Source: Lama guanicoe (Eukaryota). Taken from it: a stretch of DNA of 62,000 nucleotides. Made by a program: the position numbers and the translations under genes. The first letter of the stretch is position 1. Every line of letters starts with the position of its first letter. A model generated the notes under the pieces. It was not told where the DNA came from and ran no database searches. It worked only from the letters and a program-made list of their open reading frames with translations. The stretch covers positions 1,178,001 to 1,240,000 of the forward strand of contig MU053559.1 in assembly GCA_013239625.1 (NCBI GenBank). The letters are read 5' to 3'. Of the stretch, positions 25,966 to 37,428 are shown piece after piece.

Positions 25966-26773
25966 AAGCTCTCAGAACACACACCACCACACACACCAGC
26001 TTGTGTTCAGTACTCACTTTCCCTGCACACTCAGATCTCTTTGCTAAGAGATTTAGGGCTTCCGATGTAGTCAATGACAGGTAATATGTATGCACTTAAT
26101 ATAGTTCCTTGTCATTTAATTCAGTACATTCAATAAAAGTAGCCTATTTGATGTATCTAACTCTGCCGGGGCTTCCTCTTGTCTATCTCCAGCAAAACAA
26201 TTTCTTTTGGTGTTTTCTGCTGAGTTTTAACATCAGAAAAGATGTAAGCTTTGGACTGTGATTACTATAAATTCTTTTCATTCTCCCAAAACACAAAATA
26301 ATCTTTAACTTGTTTTCTCATAAATAAAGTTACTTCCCCTGAACACCACAGCACAGTCTGAAGCTCCCGGTATCTCTGGGTCCTGTAAAAATGAAGACGC
26401 AGCCTTGTGTGGTTCTCTGATGGGAATCCTCAGAACATGCCAAAAATAGGGATGGAGATATGGATAAATTACACTGTAGCAGTCAAAGCAGGTGATGTTC
26501 AGTATCTGCTTGGGCACCAAAATAACCACCTCCTCTTTTTTCTATCCTGGGTTAAAACAAAGAGCTACCACAAATAGCTGAAATTGGGGAAGGGGGAGGG
26601 GAATTCCACCTTTGTTAAATTGCTCATTTTCAAACCACATGCCAGAACCGCTAAGAAAGTAGCAATGCCCCATGAACCTGAGCTATCCCTCCGGTGCCCA
26701 CCCTTTTCATCCACCATGGCAGGGTGCAAAGAGATAAAGCTAGGGTACGAGGGGATCTAAAATAATTAACTGT

Positions 26774-26906
26774 CTGCAGTCAATTAAGCTGACTGCTTTT
26801 TTCCTCATGGGGCCGAATGTGCAATGACTGCAAACAGTATTCTCCTCAGTAGTGTATGCAGCCTGTTGCCCATATGGGTTGCCCCAAAGGGACCTTGGAG
26901 ACAGCC
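26774..26906 (+). ncRNA. SNORA70: SNORA70 (U70) H/ACA snoRNA retrocopy
   Basis: Matches recalled U70 sequence (CTGCAGtCAATTAAGCtGACTG...GGGACCTTGGAGACAG). Box H ACAGTA at 26834-26839, ACA at 26901-26903, basal stem TGCAGTCA/TGACTGCA. Directly upstream of RPL10 exon sequence, its known host. Confidence 0.9.
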
Positions 26907-26950
26907 CTTTCCAGTGGACATTCATGTCTGGCACACTGTCCCCAACCTAG

Positions 26951-27337
26951 GCTCCAGATGGGTATGCACAGTGCCTTTGGAAAGCCTCATGGCACAGTGG
27001 CCAGGGTCCACACTGGCCAAGTCACCATGTCCAAGCGCACTAAGCTCCAGAGCAAGGAGCATGTGATTGAGGCCCTATACAGGGCCAAGTTCAAGTTCCC
27101 TGGCCGCCAGAAGATCCACATCTCGAAGAAGTGGGGATTTACCAAGTTTAATGGAGATGAATTTGAAAACATGGTGGCAGAAAAGTGACTCATCCCAGAT
27201 GAGTGTGGGGTCAAATATGTCCCTAATCGTGGCCCCTGGACAAATGGCGGCCCCTGCACTCATGAGAACCTTGGCACTGTCCCCTCCTTACTCACGACCA
27301 CCAACAAATCCTACTTTCCTGTCAATAAATAAATAAA
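26951..27337 (+). pseudogene. RPL10: RPL10 partial retrocopy (last two exons, spliced together)
   Basis: [20 protein letters not shown]...[19 protein letters not shown]...EK*. Premature TGA at 27186-27188, later 1-nt deletion, native stop at 27263-27265, A-rich tail. Confidence 0.95.
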
Positions 27338-27404
27338 CTGATCTCTAAAGAGTTGGCCCTATGAACATGGCTCATTCCTTCAAACTATAGAAATACATTT
27401 TCTA

Positions 27405-28000
27405 TTTTTAATGTTTATTAAAATATAGTTGATTTACAATGTGGTGTTAGTTTCTAGTATATAGCATAGTAATTCCGCTATATATATTTTATACATATAT
27501 ATATATATATGCACACACACACACACATTCTTTTTCATTATAGGTTATTACAAGCTATTGAATATAGTTCCCTGTGCTGTACAGTAGGACCTTGTTGTTT
27601 ATCTATTTTATACATAGTAGTTAGTATCTGCAAATCCCAAACTCCCAATTTATCCCTCCCCACCCCCTTTCCCCCAAGTAACCACAAGCTTGTTTTCTGT
27701 CTGTCAGTCTGTCCCTATTTTGTAAATAAGTTCATTTGTGTCATTTTTTCAGATTCTACATATAAGTGATATTGTATGATCTTTGTCTTTCCCTGTCTGA
27801 CTTGCTTAACTTAGCATGAAAATCTCTAGATCCATCCATGTTGCTGTAAACGGCATTATTTCATTCTTTTTTATGGCTGAGTAGTATTCCATTGTGTGTG
27901 TGCGTGTGTGTATAAATATATATATAGTATATATACATATATATACACATCCCATCTTCTTTATCCAATCATCTGTCAATGGACTTTTAAGTTGCTTCTC
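27405..28000 (-). mobile_element. L1 3' fragment
   Basis: MEYYSAIKKNEIMPFTATWMDLE. Confidence 0.88.
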
Positions 28001-28338
28001 TTTTTTTCCCAAAGCTTACCCGTGATCAAATTCATTAGAAGGACTGCTGAAAGTACTTTCTTTTTCTTTCAACAAATAAAATTGCTTTTCAGCACATGTT
28101 AGAAGGAATAGAGTAGTAGAAAGAGTGGGGCTTTAGAGAGAAGATCTGGCTGAAAGATACTATTTATTTGCTACCTGACCTTGGGCAAGGGCAAAATGTC
28201 TAACCTCCTCAGCAACAGCTCCATCATCTGCAACATGGCAATGATAACACCACATTCCGCAGTGTTATCACAGAGGGCAAAAGAGAACGTATCAGGAAAC
28301 TTTTTGTCATTTCTGAAGTCCTATACACATTGTTGGGC

Positions 28339-28455
28339 TTTTTTTTTTTTTAAAGTTTACTTACTTATTTTTTAATGGAGGTCCTGGGGATTGAACCCAG
28401 GACTTTGTGCATTCTAAGCATGCACTCTACCACTGAGCTACACTCTGCCCACCCC
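28339..28455 (-). mobile_element. tRNA-Ala-derived SINE
   Basis: TSD CACATTGTTG. Confidence 0.85.
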
Positions 28456-29486
28456 CACATTGTTGTTTTGATAACATTTGAACAGTACAGATTTCAATGA
28501 TTATTAAAGTAGTTTTGTCCCCAGGATAGATTTGAAAATGGATTTTTTTTTTGACAACACATATTTTACCTTCACAGATTCTCAGAGCCCTATTCATATG
28601 TCACAAAATGAAAGATTCGGCTGAAAGCTGGAGACAGGGACAGGAGCTTAGGAAGAGGCAGTAGTGGTACAAATGGACATACAATCTGCTGCCTTCAGCT
28701 CAGTCTCCTTTTGGAAAGAGAAAAGGTCCTCTCCACCCGGCCCCATGTCCATTTAGGCATAGGAAACCTATTCACTGAGGGAAGGAGAGAGACAAGTCCC
28801 TCAGCGAGTGTAACTGCTACAGAAAACCCAAACCAAGGTTTTGTTAGGTTCTAGCATGGAAAGAAACAAGATTCTAGAGCTGCTCAGAGACTAGGACAGG
28901 GATCTTCTATGGTCACAGGAGGGAAAAAAAAAAAGGTTGATCCCTTAGAACCCTGGTTTCAGACATTGTTCAACCTTAACAATACCAAAAAGCTATACTC
29001 ACAATTAAGTTTTCTTCTATAGCGTTTTTACATGCTATTTTTTTAAATCATTCTATAGAGTAGCTAACACAGGCAGTGGCCAGCTTAATGGGGTGGCTGG
29101 TGAATTACTGTGGACCACGACCAGCCATGCATTGCATTTTCTGGAAACTGTAACTGAAGAGCTAGAAACAGTGAGGGTTATGTGCCGTTTCTGCAAACCT
29201 CATCCCTGTGCTACTCATTTTTCCTACTTTTTGATTCCCTCTTCTCCTGGCTTATCTTCTGCCTTCCATATTTTTTTTTTAACTGCCAGATTGCTCTTTC
29301 TCCTGTCTCCTTTCTACACAGAAAAAAAAATGTACAATTTTTAAAGGTACAGTAAGGTTTTAAAATATAGAGATGCCCATGTTTATATACACTTTTGTCC
29401 ACTTATTAAGGCAACTTTTGTCAAGATGAGGGCTGTGATGGCACGAAAATTGTAAGCGTTTCACAAACCTGTTACTTTCCCCCTCC

Positions 29487-29612
29487 CTTTCTTGGTAGGG
29501 GGCAGGGAACTAGGTTTATATATTTACTTACTTTATGGAGGTACTGGCAATTGAACCCAGCATCTCATGCTTCCTAAGCACATGCTCTACCCCTGAGCTA
29601 TACCCGCCACCC
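29487..29612 (-). mobile_element. tRNA-Ala-derived SINE
   Basis: A/B boxes on the minus strand. Confidence 0.78.
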
Positions 29613-30723
29613 TATTTTTTTTTAATTTAAAGAAGTTAAAGACCTCTACAGTGTTAAAAGTAATAAGGCCATTTATGTGGGGTTTTTTTACAATCCATAC
29701 TTCTGTCTTTTATTATCTAAGATTACAGATATATCAAGGCAAAAAGTTAGAATAATTAATGAGTTAAGCCTCTATCTTGAGAAGTGAGAAAAAGAACAGC
29801 TAAATGGTAAATTGTACAAAGTTGACGGAGAGGACTTCTGCTTCCAGCCAAAACGGAGCAACAGGGACAAGACTCACTTTCTTGCCTGAAACAGCAATAC
29901 AACTAGACAAAATATATGAAACGACAGTTTTCAAAACAATGGACAATGGAAGTGAAAGACAGTGATCCCTGAGAAATAGGAAAGAAAAGAGGCGAGCCCT
30001 GTGAATTCTCCAGCTTACTGCCTGGAGGGATTGTCCAGGCCACTGCTCATGGAGGGGAACCCAGGCAGAGCCTGGCAGAACCCTTGAGTTGAAGAGACAT
30101 AGCTGAGAGTCCACGGAGACCAGGACAGCTGGAGTCCATAGGCCAGAGTATCAGAAAGGAGACAGCTGCAGAGAGGACCCCCTGGAGACCTGCAGAGGGT
30201 CCTCCTCAAGCAGTCAGCAGAGGATCAATCAGTGCCTGTGTGTGAGGGAACTGCCCGAGACTGGGACAAGAGCCACCCAAGACGGTTAGAGGGAACGATG
30301 CCTGGCACTCACACAGGGTGGGGGACAGTGATCTAACCAGGAAGACTGGAAACACTCACTCATAATTCTCAGGTCATTAGGTAGAGGATTCAGGAAGATC
30401 TTGCCTCAGTCATGGGGAATAAATAGCCCTCCATTAAACACTTCTGTGGAACTGCCTAACATCATAAAAGCAACACTTGAAAGGAAACTATTTCTAAGAA
30501 AATCAGGTGTATCCCAGAACAAAGGTCCAGGAGATTTATAGGAACACAAAAATATCCAGCAACTAGTAAGATAAAATTTACGACGTCCGGGATCCAACCA
30601 AAGATTACCAGAAAAGCCTTTGCAGGCAAATATGACCCATAATAAGAATAATCAATCAAACCTCAGAACTGACACAGATGTTAGCAGAAAAGGACCTTAA
30701 CAATTATGATTATTATATGCCAT

Positions 30724-31203
30724 TGTAATCAAGCAGGACCCTGGGGGGCCTTCCTGGCACAGACCCCTCCCCCATGTCCTCTGCTGTAGCTCCTCTCTGA
30801 AGCACCCAGATAATATCTCATGCATGTTTCCTGAGTTTTTCCGATGCTAAAAACCACCACCAAATGGAAGAAATTAACTACTTGATGATCATGAGCATGT
30901 AGCCCCCAGACCTTCTGGAGCCTAAAGACTGATAATGTGAACAGCTGTGTTGCCTCAACATCAACCAGTCAAGAGAACTGAGCACAAGCTGATTCCATAC
31001 TCTGGGACGCCCCTCCATCACCTGGCCCTGAATGCTTTTCGGAAACCCTCGGAGGAGTGAGAGGGTTTTGGAAGCAGAAACCACTCGTTCTCCTTGCTCG
31101 GCCCTGCCATATACCTTTCTCTGCTCCAAACTCTGATGTTTCCGTTTCTTTGGCCTCACTGTGTGTGGGGCACAAGAACTTGAGTGAATGGCATACAGTA
31201 ACA
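30724..31203 (+). mobile_element. 5' LTR
   Basis: TGTAATCAAGCAGG...GTAACA; similar to 36412-37015. Confidence 0.9.
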
Positions 31204-31207
31204 AATT

Positions 31208-31227
31208 TGGCAAAGCCAGCCTAGGAG
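31208..31227 (+). promoter_or_regulatory. Degenerate tRNA-Arg(ACG) primer binding site
   Basis: TGGCAAAGCCAGCCTAGGAG vs the complement of the tRNA-Arg(ACG) 3' end TGGCGAGCCAGCCAGGAG, 4 nt after the LTR. Confidence 0.75.
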
Positions 31228-32713
31228 TCTGTGCCCATGAGCCGCCCCTTCCCTGGGTCTCAACACCTGCCGGAGCTCACTCCGCCCCGAGGAACCGGGA
31301 GGGACGCTCCCTGACCTGCACCGGCCACCCCGGCACCGGGCTGTTTGGAGCCGAGAAGCGTCTGGAGCTGCGGTCCACAGTCGGTGTCGCTGAGGGTGAG
31401 CGCTCCAGCTCGCACAGGCTGGGACTTCTCTCCTCTCCATCTGGGCTCATGTCTACCGGGAAGTGAACTGCTCTGGGCTCCTTGCAAGCCATTCTGGGTC
31501 TATTCTCTTTTGAGAACTGGGCCCATTTGTTTGGAGGCCTCGGTCTGGGAGTAGAAATGGCATTTTGAGACTACCCCTCCTCTGATCATCTGTCTGTGAC
31601 CTTAGCTTATTTATTGTTTGTGTTTTTATGTGTATCACTTGGGGTGAGCCACGCCAGCTTGTGCAGAATGGAAAATTCTACCTGCTTCACTTGGCCTCCT
31701 TCACTTCTAGGAAGGGAGCCATTCTGGGTCCACTCTCTTTCAGGAGCGAGGCGACTCTGGAAGCCTCCGTCTGGGAGTAGAAGTGGCATCTTGGGGCTAT
31801 ACCTTGTCTGATCTTTTGTTTGTGGGACATGTTTGTTGATTGTGTGTGTGTGGATCAGTACTTGAATTGGCTCATTGAGTTGCCTTTGGTGTGTAAGAAG
31901 GCTCATGTGTGATGACACCAGGGTATCCCACCCTATTGCATTGGCTTCACCTGTGGTGGAGCCTTGGCCTTTGATTCAGCTTCATCCCTGATGGGGCATT
32001 GGTTGGGGTTCTCCCCTGTTGGACCGATAGGGCATTGGCTGGTAGTCCCCCTTATGGGGGCTAGGGAACTGTGACCCTGAAAGACTGTTCTCTGGCTTGA
32101 TATTTGATAACACCAGCCATGAATAATTAAGCATGGATGATCAGAGCTCTGTTGCGTCTTATAGTCCTCCTAAGGTATATTTTGCAAAATACACCTGGCA
32201 GATCTTCAGCTGTACTCTCCAAAATGAAAGAAAATGGTACTTTTTTTTTATTGTAACACTGTGTGGGCTCAGTACTCCCCCAAGATCTGGAGAAAAATGG
32301 CCCCTAATGGCCCTGTTATTATATCTAAGTGGGCCTTTTGCAACTTGGCTTTTATCTTGGGGGAGGTGCGTGTGTCTCCGTTCCGGAGTCCAAATCCTGT
32401 TCTCTCTTCCTGGTTTTGCTGAAAGTGAGGCATATAAAATTGTCTATTACTGTTATTTCTTTAAGCTGAAGTGGATATTTGGGAACTGGAAAAAAAAATC
32501 CTTGAAAATAGCCGAGATGGTTGGGTTTTGTAAAAAACAGTTAGAGGAGGAAATTTGCATTTCTCTTCCTGTGCCTTTTGAGGTGTAAATAATCTACCTG
32601 GGCTCTCAGGAAAAAGGTTTTTTTAAACTCAAATGGAAAAACTGATCTCTGGCTCTGTATTTACATAAAAGTTAATTTATAAAAGAGCTGTAATTGACTT
32701 AAATGCAAGCACT

Positions 32714-33178
32714 TAGGGAAGGACAAATCTGACTCTTTATTAAAGCTGTTTCTTTTACTGTATACTTTGTATGCTATTGCTGGTTAATCACTAAAGGAAT
32801 GTTGCCTATAGGCTTAAATTATACATAAGGGCCCATTTCGGAGAAAACCCTGCCTCCCAGGTAATGAGCATTAAGCTAAAATACCTTTGTTTAGCTCACA
32901 GGAAACATCCTGACTAGGCCCACCTGTGAATGGCTGCAGGAAGGAAGAAATTAACACCTCCCCTCTGGAGTCTGGCTGGAACCAAGACTTCACCCCTTAC
33001 CATTTTAGTATAAAAGGACCCTGAATTCAAACTTGAGGAAGAATGTTCTCTAGAACATCTTCCACCTTCTCAGTCTGCTGGCTTTCCAAATGAAATCATT
33101 ATTCCTTGCCCCAATACCTCATCTCCCAATTTATTGGCCTGTCGTGTGGTAAGCAGAATGAGTTTGGACTTGGTGATG
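32714..33178 (+). mobile_element. Solo ERV1-type LTR nested in the provirus interior
   Basis: TATAAAA followed by an LTR-like 3' end (TCTGCTGGCTTTCC...TTTATTGGCCTGTCGTG...TTGGACTTGGT); ends approximate. Confidence 0.6.
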
Positions 33179-36100
33179 CTTACAAACAAAATACTTTCTA
33201 AGTATAAAAGAAGCTAGACAGAATACATTTCAGGTTCATGTGATCTAGGAAATATTCAACATTAAATTAATTTCTGATATTAAAGCTAGCCTTATGCTTG
33301 TTATTATCTATAATCAACACAGACATGTCTTTGACCTTCAGTAAACCTAGGTACAGTAAGTTATTTCTGTTGCACAGTTTGTCAGCAGAAAGGAAAAAAA
33401 TTAACTTGGCATGATATTCTTGTAGGTAGATCAGATACAAATAAGATGGGAGCTTTTGGGTGAACTCTTTGGGAATATGTTTTAGGAATGTCTACCTAAA
33501 AATGATCTCTCCAAGATAGCACATTGTAACAACCTATAATGAAAAAGAATATATGTGTATAACTGAATCACTATGTTATACACCAGAAACTAACACAACA
33601 TTGTAAATCAACTATATTTCATAAAAAAAAAAAAGAACAGAATGAAAAAAAAGATCTCTCCAGATATCTGGTAATTTGAAATTTTAAGTTGTGCAAAATT
33701 AAGTTAAATGATGAAAGTTTATTAAATAGCTAGGTCATTCCCAAACGAAATAAGATACTGAAACACTATTTACTGAACACTGGCTTCCCTTTACAGAGAA
33801 ACTAAAGATGTTTAGGACTATTATTAAATATGTTTGGTGCTACACTGAGAGGTTTTCTATAAAAAGCACATCTTTAAAAATTATTATTGGTATCATTATG
33901 TTTGCCAATCTACAGAATGCTAATGAAAAAGACAGTTCGTTATTGCTTGCTTCTTGGTTTTCACTAGAAATTAAGGTTTTTAAGACTTGAGAATTCTAAT
34001 TTAAATATGTAATTAAAGCTACTGAAAATAAAGGAGATATTTCACTATACGGTAGGAAAGGAGGATACGTGTTTTGAGTAAAAGAAGGTATGAGGAAAAG
34101 AATTTTGTTAAAAGAAAAAAAAATTTTTGTCCTAAAGCTGGTTGTTTCTAGGTGAGAAAAAATAAGGGACAGACTAACATGGATACAGAGAGTTGTGGAA
34201 AATTTGTGGAAAGGGAGCTCTGAGTGGGGGAGTCCCGTGCATGGTCAGGCTGAGACACCCGGGTAAATGGGTTTTGTTGTTGAAAGGACGCTGCTGCAGG
34301 ACTAGTTTTGGTTCCTCTCTGTTAGGAGAACAAGTTACTTAGAATGCTGCTTTACTTTGTGTGTGTGTGTGTATATATACATATATATATATATAAATTT
34401 TGTTTTAGAATGCTGCTTTTGATAACAGGTGTGTAAAACTTCTTGATGTTTTTGACAAGCTTCCCATCAAATTCTAATTAAAGTTCTTTTGACCTTAGCT
34501 AACCTTGGGATGCATCAGAGGGCCCCTGAGGCATCTCAGAGGAAAATATTTAACTAGGATTGGTTAGTATGTTACATTACACAGGAAGCATTGTCAAATG
34601 AGTGCTAAACCTCCTCACCTCCTCAGCTTACATGGTTCGAATAAATGTCAATACAGATATTCTAGAAATGGTTTCTGACATTTAAAGATGCTACCAGTCA
34701 TAATTCTGTTATCTTAAAATGTTGTTTGTCACAGTAACTTAATTAAACTTCTTTGTCAAAAAAGAACAAAACCCCCACTGTAATCAGATCTCTAACCTTG
34801 CCTTTACATCTCTTGCCATCCATAGACAGTTAAGCTAATGCTTTGCAAAACTGCTTCAAGAAGATTCATAGAAAGGACTTTTTGACAAGTACATGTTTCT
34901 TTAACTCATAACTGCTGAACTGGGTAAGATATTTAAAAAGTCTAATACATTTGGATTTCATAAAGCTGTCAGTAAAGGATTGCAGAGGATTGAGCGAACT
35001 AATGAATCATTTTTTGGTTTCGTCTGAAATATTACTGACTTTTAATCTGTTTTCTAATTGGACTGTTTACCAAATGTTGGTCTCCCTATCAATATCGCCC
35101 CAAATGTTAGGATAGAATTCTCTAATGGAGTTGTCACAGTGTATGTAACTACTCATGATGGATAACAATGCTTGCTTTTAAGTCTGTTGCTAAAAGCACA
35201 CCTGCAATGCTTGTGTAACAATTGGGTATAAGTAACAAAATGTATAACCTGTAAAGTGTTTCCCCATTAACATGCCGCTGAGCCTGTTCACCATATCTGA
35301 TTAGTTTCTCCCCAACATGAATAATAGGAAATACAAAGGAGGGCTTAGCACCACAAGGACATGATCTAAACCTGGGGCAGGAGCCACCACCCCAGCATCA
35401 AGGGACGGACATTATGATCATCAGTGCTTTCTATCGAAAGATTTGCAATCCAAAGGGGAAGTGAAGGAAAAGCCTGCATGTATTGAGGTATCAGGAAGTC
35501 ATTCTGGTTTATACCCAGTTTAACTTTAACTTGACTGACCAAGTCGACCTGTTTTATGGCCTTTTGGACATGCATTGTACGTCTGCCTTGAGGAAGAGAA
35601 TACATTGTAAGTCTAAATGGAAGAGCTGTGATTCAGACATCCAAGGTAAAACTCGGTGGCCATTGCAGACGTGATTTCAGACATGTTCCTGTAATATTGA
35701 AAACTCAAATTTTCTGAGCTGTGTCATACTCAGGATGCCACCAGCCATTCCCAGAGCAGTGTCTGCTGGCAGGTGGAAGCTGCAACCTTATGGCCTCAAG
35801 GTCTCCTCTTGTAACTATTAAATTTTTAGACAGTGAAGTTGCTTTAGATCAGATGTTAGAAAAAGATGTGTAGTGGCCAATAGCTCCTGTTACGTATACG
35901 TTAATACCACATGGGAAGTTAAAACCCACTTGGATAAAAGACAGCTGGCCACAAGTCTCCCAAGTGCCAGGTCCAGACTGATTTTTTTCAGGCTTATTCT
36001 CCTGAATTCCTCAGGCAATGAGATCTAGTTTGTCTATTAAAGTTCAAGTTGTCACTCCTCCAACTACTTCTAATTGGGTCTGTTGCACCAAAAGGATGGA

Positions 36101-36411
36101 TTAAGGGACTGAGATCTTAATCATGTAAGACTTGGATCCAGGACTTGAAACTCAGGAATATTTCCAGTTTGGTGTCCATTCCCCAAATTGAGGCAGGACA
36201 GTGCCCCATCTCAGCAGGAAGTAGCCAGCGTGGTCATCACCCTATTACCTGAAAAATGTGGGAGGGATGAAACAGGACTGGAGACTGAAACCGAGTCCCC
36301 TTAAAACTGAGTCCCTCTGCCAAGCTTGGTTAAACTCTGTCCAGAACATTATTCCCTTTCCTGTGCAACACCTCTTCTCCTCAAGGTTGAGGAATATCAA
36401 AAGGGGGAAAC

Positions 36412-37015
36412 TGTAAGCAAGCAGGACCCTGTGGGGCCCTCCTCCATATCCTCTGCTGTAGCTCTTCACTGAAGCACCCAGATAATATCTCATGCATGTT
36501 TCTGGAGTTTTTCAGATGCTAAAAACTACCACCAAGTGAAGAAATTAACTACTTGATGTTCATGAGCACGTAGCCCCCAGACCTTCTGGCATCTTAAGGA
36601 TTGATAATGTTAACAGCTGTGTTGCCTTAACATCAAGCAATCAGAATTGAGCACAAGCTGACCCCCCCATACCCTGGGATGCCCCTCCCTCACCTGGCCT
36701 TTTTTTTTTTCAGAGGGGGGCGGTTAATTAGGTTTATTTATTTACTTCTTTATTTTAATGGAGGCACTGGGGATTGAACCCAGGACCTCGTGCATGCTAA
36801 GCATGCACTCTGCCACTGAGCTATACCCTCCCCCTTCACCTGGCCTTTAAAAATGCTTTACTGAAACCCTTTGAGGAATCAGCGGGGTTTTGGGGCAGAA
36901 ACCACTCATTCTCCTTGCTCAGCCCTGCAACACACCTTTCTCTGCTCCAAACTCTGACATTTCCATTTGTTTGGCCTTGCTGTGTGTTGGGCACACCAAC
37001 TTGTGTTCGGTGACA
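36412..37015 (+). mobile_element. 3' LTR (interrupted by a SINE)
   Basis: TGTAAGCAAGCAGG...GTGACA directly after the polypurine tract. Confidence 0.9.
36703..36835 (-). mobile_element. tRNA-Ala-derived SINE inside the 3' LTR
   Basis: 13-bp TSD TCACCTGGCCTTT at 36690-36702 and 36836-36848; absent from the 5' LTR. Confidence 0.92.
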
Positions 37016-37428
37016 CCATATGTTCAAAAAGTTAAGCAGAGACATTGAGGATATTAAAAAGACCCAAACTGGACAGCTGCAATGTCCCAGATGAAACATT
37101 CACTAGATGGAGTTAGCAACACATTAGACATTGCAGAAGAAAATACTGGTCAACTTGAAGGCACACCAATTGAAATGATTGAAAATGAAGTATATAGGGA
37201 AAATTTTTTTTAAATGAAAAGAGCATAAGTGAGCTGTGGGACAGCTTCAAGCAGCCTAATATGTGAGTAGTTGGGAGTCCATGAAGAACGAGGGGAGCTT
37301 CAGAAAAAAATCATTTAAAGAAATACTGGCCAAAAATCTTCCAAATTTAATGAACGTTAGCAACCCACAGATCCAAGAAGCTCAAAGAACCCCAAGCACA
37401 AGAAACATGAGGGAACTACACCAAGGCA

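Larger units (their letters stand above)
30724..37015 (+). mobile_element. Class I (ERV1/MER4-group-like) non-autonomous provirus with two LTRs
   Basis: TG...CA LTR pair; 4-bp TSD CCAT (30720-30723 and 37016-37019); PBS at 31208-31227; PPT at 36399-36410; gag remnant FYCNTVWAQY..GEKWP (~32245-32310); env TM remnant (~35810-35940). Confidence 0.9.

Noticed and set aside
26856..27188. 110-aa RPL10-like ORF
   Set aside because: N-terminus is translated snoRNA/intron sequence; lacks the first ~109 RPL10 residues and ends at a premature stop.
28628..28682. GT-AG intron between the two most 5' candidate pseudo-exons
   Set aside because: Only 55 nt, below the usual mammalian minimum, so these two exons are kept only as weak candidates.
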